A stretch of DNA of 64,000 nucleotides from a virus (taxonomy: Duplodnaviria; Caudoviricetes). Shown here one piece after another: positions 56,629 to 64,000 of this stretch. Every line of letters starts with the position of its first letter. Position 1 is the first letter of the stretch. The stretch is taken from the IMG/VR virus record IMGVR_UViG_3300031555_010338. One strand, given 5' to 3'. The notes under the pieces are model-generated. The model was given only the letters and a program-made list of their open reading frames with translations. It searched no databases and was not told the DNA's origin. A program made the position numbers and the translations under genes.

Positions 56629-56671
56629 TTTTCGACGATTCAGATGATTAGTTGTAATAGGAGTTGAAGTC

Positions 56672-57157
56672 ATGCCTAAAAAGTATAAAAAGAAGCCCGT
56701 TGTAATTGAGGCAATGCAATACAACGGGACAAACAAGGTCAAAATTCAGCGTTTCATGGGGAAATACCTTGATGAATGTCCAAACGGTTTGAAAATACCC
56801 ACGCTTGAAGGAAATATGTTCGCATCAGTTGGTGATTACATCATTAAAGGCGTAAAAGGTGAGTTTTACCCTTGCAAGCCTGATATTTTCCACCAGACAT
56901 ACGACCAGGTATCAGATGACGATCTGAACAGCGACACGCCCCTTACTATTGAAGAGCTGCGTCAGATGAACGGTAAGCCTGTATGGTGTGCCGATCTCAA
57001 CGAATGGGGCATCGTCAAAATCGAAACTATTGGTCGATGGGCAAACGACATATTCCTGGTCGGTCACTACGGCAACAATGAAGTCCGTACTAACTTCGAG
57101 GTAGATATTGTACGGCGTGGTTACAAGTGTTACCCAAAACCACTGAAAGGTGGTTAA
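56672..57157 (+). CDS. Phage hypothetical protein
   Basis: KKPVVIEA...TLEG...[20 protein letters not shown]. Confidence 0.75.
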   Translation: MPKKYKKKPVVIEAMQYNGTNKVKIQRFMGKYLDECPNGLKIPTLEGNMFASVGDYIIKGVKGEFYPCKPDIFHQTYDQVSDDDLNSDTPLTIEELRQMNGKPVWCADLNEWGIVKIETIGRWANDIFLVGHYGNNEVRTNFEVDIVRRGYKCYPKPLKGG

Positions 57158-57160
57158 TGT

Positions 57161-57541
57161 ATGATATACACTACTTATTTTGCACAGCTCCGTAATCTAC
57201 CAGAAAATATCGTCCCTGTAAGCATTTGTGGCAAAGCACCAGACTGGTATAAAGGACTCCAATATAAAAAATTTGCTCCTAAATACGGCTTCTTTATGGA
57301 GTGGAAGAGGAATCACGACAACGATTATTATATCAAGTGTTTCAATGAGCAGGTGTTAGGTGACTTAAATGCTGTTGATGTTGTTCTGGACTTGTCGAGA
57401 ATGATATACAGCTTCAATATTGGAGAAAGCGATATCGCTTTAGTCTGCTATGAAAAGCCAGGTGATTTTTGTCATAGACACTTGGTTGCACAATGGTTTT
57501 GTGCCAATGGATTCCAATGCGCCGAATGGATAAAAGGTTAA
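57161..57541 (+). CDS. DUF488-like protein
   Basis: IYTTYF, LVCYEKPGDFCHRHLV. Confidence 0.7.
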   Translation: MIYTTYFAQLRNLPENIVPVSICGKAPDWYKGLQYKKFAPKYGFFMEWKRNHDNDYYIKCFNEQVLGDLNAVDVVLDLSRMIYSFNIGESDIALVCYEKPGDFCHRHLVAQWFCANGFQCAEWIKG

Positions 57542-57566
57542 TTTCATAGTAAAGCAGGAGAAACTT

Positions 57567-57770
57567 ATGGTATTCATCAATATGAAAATGCCTGATGCTT
57601 GTTGCGAATGTCCCGTCAACTTCTGGAACAGTTGTGGCATTTTAGAGCATACGAAAGGCAAGACACTTGGGCGTATCGAACACCCAAGCACAGAGAGACT
57701 TCCAGATTGTCCTTTGATCCCGCTTAACGAATTAGTTGCAGATTTACGGATGGTAGACAGAAGCCAATAG
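57567..57770 (+). CDS. Small Cys-rich protein
   Basis: MPDACCECP...PDCPL. Confidence 0.6.
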   Translation: MVFINMKMPDACCECPVNFWNSCGILEHTKGKTLGRIEHPSTERLPDCPLIPLNELVADLRMVDRSQ

Positions 57771-57786
57771 AAGGAGTGAAAAATTC

Positions 57787-58029
57787 ATGATGACCGCTAC
57801 ATACAAAGCGCCGAAAAACTGTCAGTCATGTCTTGATCTGGGCTGGCTTCCAGATGACGGTTCGGCCTGCATCGAATGCGACAAACTCAACACGCACAAG
57901 GTTAATATTTTAGAGCTTGGAGTTGGCTTCCTTGGCAATCGAGCGGTTGTCCAGGATCTTAAAAGTAATAAACTCTTTACGGTCTATATTTCTGAACTGA
58001 AAAATGTTCAAGAAGAGGTTAATTTATAA
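57787..58029 (+). CDS. Hypothetical protein
   Basis: AAGGAG RBS. Confidence 0.55.
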   Translation: MMTATYKAPKNCQSCLDLGWLPDDGSACIECDKLNTHKVNILELGVGFLGNRAVVQDLKSNKLFTVYISELKNVQEEVNL

Positions 58030-58204
58030 TGCGCTGGCTGATAAATTATATCAAATCCTGCTTTTGCAAGCATGAGTGGGAATTGATTTTTGATACCTTC
58101 GTACATGGCGATTGGAAGTCTTTTAGCTGCAAGACATACCGATGCAAAAAGTGTGGATACAGCAAAAGATACACCAGTCATTAAAAATGCAAGGAGTGCA
58201 ATGT

Positions 58205-58552
58205 ATGTCGAACAAGCTAACAACAACGGCAAAAGAATTGCTTATGATTGAAAGCGATCTACCGTTTAGGTTCAATTATAATGAAGCGCAGCGTCCAACT
58301 ATTGACGATTTTGAGATGTACACATTTGAACAGATATGGGGTAGCACCGCACTTGGGTTCGGAGGCATTGGCGGTCAGGCCATGACATCCGCCAGAACAT
58401 ATGTATTTGTTCCCGTGTCGTGCAATCAGAAATGCTTCGTCTATTTCGCTGGTCGCTTCGCATATGCGGTAGATTACAGTAGAAAATTCATGAATGATGT
58501 GATGGCTGGTAAAGTAGAGCCTGTTTATCACGCCGGCAAATACACGGCGTAA
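58205..58552 (+). CDS. Hypothetical protein
   Basis: AAGGAG RBS; QIWGSTALGFGGIGGQAMT. Confidence 0.65.
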   Translation: MSNKLTTTAKELLMIESDLPFRFNYNEAQRPTIDDFEMYTFEQIWGSTALGFGGIGGQAMTSARTYVFVPVSCNQKCFVYFAGRFAYAVDYSRKFMNDVMAGKVEPVYHAGKYTA

Positions 58553-58583
58553 AAAAAAGAGCGTAGGATCAAACCTACGCTCT
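58551..58583. terminator. Terminator hairpin between convergent genes
   Basis: A-run then AGAGCGTAGG-atcaaa-CCTACGCTCT. Confidence 0.75.
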
Positions 58584-58597
58584 CTGCGCTTTAGCCA

Positions 58598-58807
58598 TTA
58601 TATCTCTTCTCCGGTATCGTTCCGAACAAAACGACCCTCAAAAGAACAATCCAGCGCCGCCGCAATCTCCTGTAGTTCTTTTTCGCTGAAATTGTCACGC
58701 TTAAATTTTCCGCTGAGGTTTTGTGATGTACAGCCAAGACGAGACGCAAGATCCTTGACTGATACATTCTTTTTTATCATCAGGATACGAATCTTCTCTG
58801 TCATCAT
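58598..58807 (-). CDS. XRE-family HTH protein
   Basis: VKDLASRLGCTSQNLSGK...ELQEIAAALDC. Confidence 0.85.
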   Translation of the reverse strand: MMTEKIRILMIKKNVSVKDLASRLGCTSQNLSGKFKRDNFSEKELQEIAAALDCSFEGRFVRNDTGEEI

Positions 58808-58907
58808 AGCTCAACACCCCATACATATCTTCACCCTAATTATAAAGCCAAAACAGAAGAAAATCAATGCTCACTTTACAATGTAACTAAAAAGCGAATT
58901 TACCCCA

Positions 58908-58936
58908 TTGACGAAAATCGTTTTATAGTTTATCAT
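58908..58936 (+). promoter_or_regulatory. Integrase promoter
   Basis: TTGACG-17-TATCAT; AAAGGAGG RBS downstream. Confidence 0.6.
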
Positions 58937-58987
58937 GTAATTGTAAGATTACATTCTTCTTTTCCAACTTACGAAAGGAGGTTAGTA

Positions 58988-60262
58988 ATGGCTGGAACTA
59001 AACGCACCGATAACAAAGGTCGTATCTTAAAAGACGGCGAAACCCAAAGGAAAGACGGCACTTATCGTTACACTTATACCGATGCAGATGGCATTCGGCG
59101 CGATGTTTACAGTAAGCGCCTTGTTCCAACTGACCGACTTCCGCCTGGGTGTAAAGACGATCTTTGCCTCAGAGAAAAGATACGAAAGATCGTTCGTGAT
59201 CTGGAAGATGGCATCAAAGCGCCGGTAGAAAACAGAGCCACGCTCAATGATTTGTTTGAACTCTATATGGCAAACAAGCCTGAATTGAAAGAGTCCACAC
59301 GCGCCAACTATCTGTATATGTATAACAAATATGTGCGGGAAGATATTGGCAAGAGAAAGATTGCTGAAATCAAATATTCCACTGTAAAAGCCTATTACAA
59401 CAAGCTCATTCGTGAACTTGGGTTTAAGCCAAACAGTATGGAAATCATTCACACGATTATTCACCCTGTTTTCACCCTTGCGGTGAGAGACGGATATATC
59501 CGCATCAATCCCGCTGCTGGAGCAATGGCAGAAATCAAGAAAAGCCATAATTGGGAAAAGCCCAAACGTCACGCTCTGTCAGTCCAGGAACAAGCTGCAT
59601 TTATCAACTATATGTCTACGCACAAGATATATAATCACTGGCTCCCGCTGTTTACTGTCCTTCTTGGAACTGGTGGTCGTGTTGGTGAGATCACCGGCCT
59701 GCGCTGGGAAGACTGCGATTTTGAGGACAATGTTATCAGCATCAATCATAACATGGTTTATCGAAAATTTGAAGGTGATGAAAAAGCGGCCTTCCATATC
59801 GTAACTCCTAAAACAAGCGCCGGCATTCGCATTATCCCAATGCTGTCTAAGGTAAAAGAAGCCTTGCAAACAGAATGGGAGCGTCAGAGCATCTTGGGCT
59901 TTAATGAGTCAATCGTTGATGGATACACGGGGTTTATCTTCCAAAACCGATACGGCGATCCACTCTCCGCCCACAATGTCAATCGGGCAATCGAACGGAT
60001 TTACAGGGACTACAATGAGGACGAAACGGTTTTAGCTGACAAGGAAGGTCGTGAGCCACTGTTGATCCGTCATTTCTCTGTTCACAACCTCCGCCACACA
60101 TTCTGCACACGCTTTTGCGAAAACGAAAGTAACATCAAGGTCATACAGGAGATCATGGGACACGCCGATATCGAAACGACCATGAATATCTACGCTGAAG
60201 CAACCAAGGAGAAGAAAAAGGAAAGCTTTGCAAATCTGGAAGGCAAAATCAAAATATCTTAA
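58988..60262 (+). CDS. int: Tyrosine integrase (Tn916-type N-terminal arm-binding domain)
   Basis: QRKDGTYRY, TGGRVGE, HNLRHTF, MGHADI, IY. Confidence 0.95.
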   Translation: MAGTKRTDNKGRILKDGETQRKDGTYRYTYTDADGIRRDVYSKRLVPTDRLPPGCKDDLCLREKIRKIVRDLEDGIKAPVENRATLNDLFELYMANKPELKESTRANYLYMYNKYVREDIGKRKIAEIKYSTVKAYYNKLIRELGFKPNSMEIIHTIIHPVFTLAVRDGYIRINPAAGAMAEIKKSHNWEKPKRHALSVQEQAAFINYMSTHKIYNHWLPLFTVLLGTGGRVGEITGLRWEDCDFEDNVISINHNMVYRKFEGDEKAAFHIVTPKTSAGIRIIPMLSKVKEALQTEWERQSILGFNESIVDGYTGFIFQNRYGDPLSAHNVNRAIERIYRDYNEDETVLADKEGREPLLIRHFSVHNLRHTFCTRFCENESNIKVIQEIMGHADIETTMNIYAEATKEKKKESFANLEGKIKIS

Positions 60263-60373
60263 TCCTTGCCTTTTAACGCCTGTCAGAGCGCTCGAAATAT
60301 TTATGGGTGATTACCCTCGGAAAACTTTATCAAAGCTCCTGCGGCATCCAGCGCCGCCACGAGCGAAAAAATT

Positions 60374-60409
60374 AGGGTACAGAAATAAATCTGTACCCTT
60401 TCTTTGTTT
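60374..60409 (+). terminator. Rho-independent terminator after int
   Basis: AGGGTACAGA/TCTGTACCCT followed by a T-rich tail. Confidence 0.75.
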
Positions 60410-60598
60410 CAGCATATTCCGCTATTCCACCAAATCGGTGAAACGATGAAACTTGTGTATAACATATGAGAGAAACAAGTTGTAAAAAAAATAGGGAGCC
60501 AGCACTAAGCCAGCTCCCTTGTTTGCTGTTACGCTAATCCGCCACATTTCCGCTTTCCAACCCGCCTGATTTTTATCGCAGAAACCCGTGGTATTTTT

Positions 60599-60874
60599 GG
60601 CAAATGTGGTAACGGTGTGGTAAAATAGAAATGCGACTTTTCAAAACCACAATATATAGTGTCTAACAGGCGTATATCAACGCTATATTGTGTGATTTTG
60701 TGGTTTTAGTTCTCCAGCGGCTTCATGGTGGGGATTATTCTTAGTGAGTTTTGTCATACTCTATCTTGTCCTGTCTCATGTGGTTTCACCCCAAATCCAG
60801 AACTTTTTCACTCTGTCTCGTTCTGTCTGCTTCGGTCTATTGAGGGGCAAATGTGGTAAGATTTGTGGTAAAAT
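60599..60874. other. attP-like site: paired arm repeats flanking a lysS-3'-end core
   Basis: GGCAAATGTGGTAA-N3/4-TGTGGTAAAAT at 60599-60626 and 60846-60874; core 60706-60734 reads PTMKPLEN* on the minus strand. Confidence 0.75.
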
Positions 60875-61038
60875 CACATTTTATCATTGTCGGTAAACCC
60901 TACCTCAAATATTATGCTTAGTAATAATATACTACTAAATGTATCTTTGTCAAACCTCTTTTTCCTCATCCACCGCTCATCCGCTGTTTGACCAAAATAA
61001 ACGCCGCCTTCCTGTCTCGGAAAAGCGGCGGTAGTGTA

Positions 61039-61323
61039 TCATCGATTTTTGAGAACTTTAACCATGCTGCATACAACAGAAGCTTCCTCATCGGTAAGTT
61101 CCGAAATATCCAAAAAACGCTTATCCTCCCGGCACAACAAATAGTCTACAGTCACTCCAAACAGGTCTGCAATGCGCACCATCACTTCAAAGGAAGGTAG
61201 GCGAATATCAGTCTCATAGCTCGACACCATAGACGCAGTGACACCCACACGTTCTGCCACTTGAGCTTGCGTGAGATGCTTATCGTTTCTTAACTGTTTT
61301 AGTCTTTGAGAAAAATCAACCAT
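61039..61323 (-). CDS. XRE-family HTH regulator
   Basis: LTQAQVAERVGV...YETDIRLPS...VTVDYLL; AGGAGG RBS. Confidence 0.9.
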   Translation of the reverse strand: MVDFSQRLKQLRNDKHLTQAQVAERVGVTASMVSSYETDIRLPSFEVMVRIADLFGVTVDYLLCREDKRFLDISELTDEEASVVCSMVKVLKNR

Positions 61324-61474
61324 AAGCCATACTCCTCCTTGCTTATAGTGTACACAGTCCATGTTTTCTCAAAGAAATATTTTATATATAATATAGTTGA
61401 GTTTTCGGTGTTCCAATGTTAAAATAACTCTAACAATGATTTTGTAAGCTTCTATTGATTGGAGGATCTCGGAT

Positions 61475-62224
61475 ATGGACGCTGTTGTAACTCTGTTACT
61501 TGTTTTTGCCTTCGTAATTGCTGGTTCTCTGCTTTTAATTTTTGTAAGCGGAACTTCCATAAAACGCTCTCAAAGCAAATTAGAGTCGTATAGAAAAGAA
61601 ATTGATACTTTTAATACTCAACGAGAATTGCAGTACGTAAAAACAATTGAGCCAATCTTGGCACAAGCCTATCAAACTCTTTGCCAGAATTTTCAACAGC
61701 CAGATCATTTCTTAACGGTGGATATATTGAACGTAACCAGCGAAAAAGAATTACAGTTTCTTCAGCAACAGCTTCCGGAACAATGGTGCGCATGGCCTGT
61801 GACCTGCTCTTGCTGGGTCAACAGTAGCACTCTCTATATTCTTGAAACTTTTGACTCATGTGTATCAAAGGCCAAACTTTCTCCAGATTTATATGCTACT
61901 TTGGAAATGGCACAAGATCAAATTAAACATATCTCCATTCCTCTGGATGCCATCCATTATTACAAAGCAAAAGGCGACATTATTCGCTCTCAAAGAACAG
62001 CAGTCCACGAAAACACTTCTTACAGTGGAATCTCCGTTAATGGTATCAGCTTTGGAGAAGTGAAGACCACTCCTGCACTTATATTACCAAAAATCCTCGA
62101 CACACGGTATATTGTACTGTACTATCAAACACACGGCGAAGATGAATTGCAAGCATTATACTTTGGATACGATTCTTTGGATGCCCTTATCCGCATAATT
62201 CCACAACATGAACGACATCCCTGA
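61475..62224 (+). CDS. Membrane-anchored hypothetical protein
   Basis: N-terminal TM; GGAGG RBS. Confidence 0.7.
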   Translation: MDAVVTLLLVFAFVIAGSLLLIFVSGTSIKRSQSKLESYRKEIDTFNTQRELQYVKTIEPILAQAYQTLCQNFQQPDHFLTVDILNVTSEKELQFLQQQLPEQWCAWPVTCSCWVNSSTLYILETFDSCVSKAKLSPDLYATLEMAQDQIKHISIPLDAIHYYKAKGDIIRSQRTAVHENTSYSGISVNGISFGEVKTTPALILPKILDTRYIVLYYQTHGEDELQALYFGYDSLDALIRIIPQHERHP

Positions 62225-62296
62225 ACTTATAAAAATTGAATCTCTCATTTGCGCATAACTCTTGACGGTACCCGCATTTTTCATTACAGAACCATA

Positions 62297-62342
62297 AATG
62301 GCACCCCTTCTAAGTACCATGTACTCAAGAAGAGGTGCCATT
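62297..62342. terminator. Hairpin between convergent genes
   Basis: AATGGCACC...GGTGCCATT with an inner AGTAC/GTACT. Confidence 0.6.
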
Positions 62343-62353
62343 ATCAAGCTTGA

Positions 62354-64000
62354 TTATACCACATTCCAGTGCTTCGAAATGTACATCATGATTTCTTCTG
62401 CCGGATTTTTACCTTTTGCTTCCAGTTGTTTTATATTCTTTTTGGATGTATAGAAGAAATAATATCCATTCTTTTCGTCATCCTCAGGCTTTACACCCTT
62501 GATCGTTAGTGCTGTTCTAAGGGGGATAACCCGATTAGGTGCAAAGCTAATGTAAATATCAGCATTTTCCAGTTTCACATAATTGCTCTCATAATGGTTA
62601 TCCATATAGATAAACGCAAACTCAAAATCCAAGTTTTCCTCAGCCTTGAATTGCTCAAACAGATGAAAAATTTTCAGAACTCGATTTTGGGCACTTAAAG
62701 CACTCTGAGCCACTTCTTTAATTTGAGGATTTTCAGATCTGCAAGCTTCTTCCTGCACCTCTTTTTCCTTCTCCGCTGCCTCCAGCGTTTCCTGATTTAT
62801 AAAGAAGACATTATCCTTTATGGCTTTTAATTCATTCTTAAATGAACGCCGAACCCCTTTGCCAATCAGTTCGCTTTCCAAATGGCGGAATTCAGTCTCA
62901 CTTTTCCAAAGGGGTTTAAGCCTCGAAGAACGATCAAAAAATTGTTCTCCAATTTCCCGGCTGTCTGGATTATTCTTTAAGAAACAAATGATATCATCAT
63001 CACACAGCAATCTCAAAGGAATACCCTTTTCTTTATATCCCTCTGGGGATAATGCTGTTCTCGTAAAAATACTGCGCTCTGCTCCTAATTGTGCGCTATA
63101 TTGGTCCACCATACACTTATTATACATTTCAATGGCATTTTGAACCAACTTTACATCATACCAGATTGTCGGATTGTTCTGAATCCAATGCCGCTCCAAA
63201 TCGTTGGCAAATGTAACATTTTCGATGACACTCAAAGAACCCTTTTTATAGGCCGCAACATTTCTCGAATTAGACGATGCATCGGTATACTTCACAATTG
63301 TATATCCCGCAAACAAGCGATCTACATCCAGTGCCATAGTATTAAAGCCTGTTACATATGCATCACGCAGCAAATAATCAAGCTTATCAACATCAATCAA
63401 GGATCCATTCAGCATCCCAATAATAGTATTCTCTATCAGTCTGTCGTTATTTTGATCCTTATAAGCAACTCCAATTATGGAACGCACAAACAGTTCTTCG
63501 TCAACATCAGAAATACTCTCTTCCCTTATCATGTCCAAACCGACTAATGCACTCATTGCCTCATGTGGCTTCCCAGTCCCACTCTTTTTAATATCTGAAT
63601 GGAGACTGATACTGTTAGGAAGAGTTTTTTCAAATTCGCTAACAAAATTTGTACTTTTACTGTAATATCCCTCTCCTGTATGAGAGAAAGGAGAGTGGCC
63701 AACATCGTGAAGCAAACACGCAAGAAGAAAAGACCGTTCCATCTTATTCCAGTTAACATGCGCGTACTCCGGGAACTTCGCCTTCTCAACATTTTCTTTA
63801 AAACAAGTAAATGCTTTTATTCCCAGATGAAAAACGCCAATTGAGTGGACAAACCTATTATGCAACGCAGACGGATATAACGCCTGGTATCCAGTCTGCC
63901 TAATATTTCTCAATCTCTGAAATTCCGCAGTATCAATCAAAGGAAGAAATATTTCATCAATGTCAATGTATCCATAAAGAGGATCCTTAAATTGCTTCAC
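62354..64000 (-). CDS. HD-domain dNTP triphosphohydrolase (SAMHD1/YdhJ-like)
   Basis: DPLYG, FQRLRNIRQ, HNRFVHSIG, LLHDVGH, DVDKLDYLLRD. Confidence 0.9.
   Translation of the reverse strand: MKQFKDPLYGYIDIDEIFLPLIDTAEFQRLRNIRQTGYQALYPSALHNRFVHSIGVFHLGIKAFTCFKENVEKAKFPEYAHVNWNKMERSFLLACLLHDVGHSPFSHTGEGYYSKSTNFVSEFEKTLPNSISLHSDIKKSGTGKPHEAMSALVGLDMIREESISDVDEELFVRSIIGVAYKDQNNDRLIENTIIGMLNGSLIDVDKLDYLLRDAYVTGFNTMALDVDRLFAGYTIVKYTDASSNSRNVAAYKKGSLSVIENVTFANDLERHWIQNNPTIWYDVKLVQNAIEMYNKCMVDQYSAQLGAERSIFTRTALSPEGYKEKGIPLRLLCDDDIICFLKNNPDSREIGEQFFDRSSRLKPLWKSETEFRHLESELIGKGVRRSFKNELKAIKDNVFFINQETLEAAEKEKEVQEEACRSENPQIKEVAQSALSAQNRVLKIFHLFEQFKAEENLDFEFAFIYMDNHYESNYVKLENADIYISFAPNRVIPLRTALTIKGVKPEDDEKNGYYFFYTSKKNIKQLEAKGKNPAEEIMMYISKHWNVV

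Larger units (their letters stand above)
1..64000. mobile_element. Temperate phage genome segment (large Firmicutes phage, SPbeta-like organisation)
   Basis: Dense, mostly + strand phage-type genes: repressor switch, ERF, SSB, primase-helicase, DnaE, ThyX, NrdDG, many MTases, tRNAs, tyrosine integrase and an attP-like site. No host housekeeping operons. Confidence 0.9.

Overview
The whole window looks like part of a large temperate phage of a Firmicutes host (probably Clostridia/Oscillospiraceae; SPbeta-like organisation). It covers early, accessory, DNA-modification and replication genes; no virion structural genes are visible. From left to right: a MTase-SF2 helicase fusion; an ImmA/ImmR-type switch with face-to-face promoters; an MrpR-like repressor; an ABC transporter/PspA/SBP-OmpA cassette; a 1.5-kb RNA island followed by a DUF2828 (Ro60/TROVE-like, vWA) gene; a J-domain-kinase/vWA/PurA-like trio; a radical SAM-SPASM gene followed by eight genes sharing an N-terminal FVTNSSSSS motif; RNA repair genes; a DNA-modification cluster; replication and nucleotide metabolism genes (ERF, SSB, primase-helicase, dnaE, thyX, nrdDG, dut); and a tyrosine integrase beside an attP-like site whose core encodes a lysS-like C-terminus. 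Three candidate new systems stand out. (1) Eight tRNA-mimic or anticodon-display RNAs share a stem+ACAGCAA motif in two permuted topologies, directly upstream of the Ro60-like gene. (2) A split, circularly permuted C5-methyltransferase has poly-C tracts that switch between alternative target-recognition domains (TRDs) encoded in overlapping frames, inside a cluster with a G/C tract in nearly every gene. (3) The radical SAM + NSSSSS-tagged protein array. All family calls come from motif recognition by eye; no searches were run. Homopolymer lengths could contain sequencing errors.
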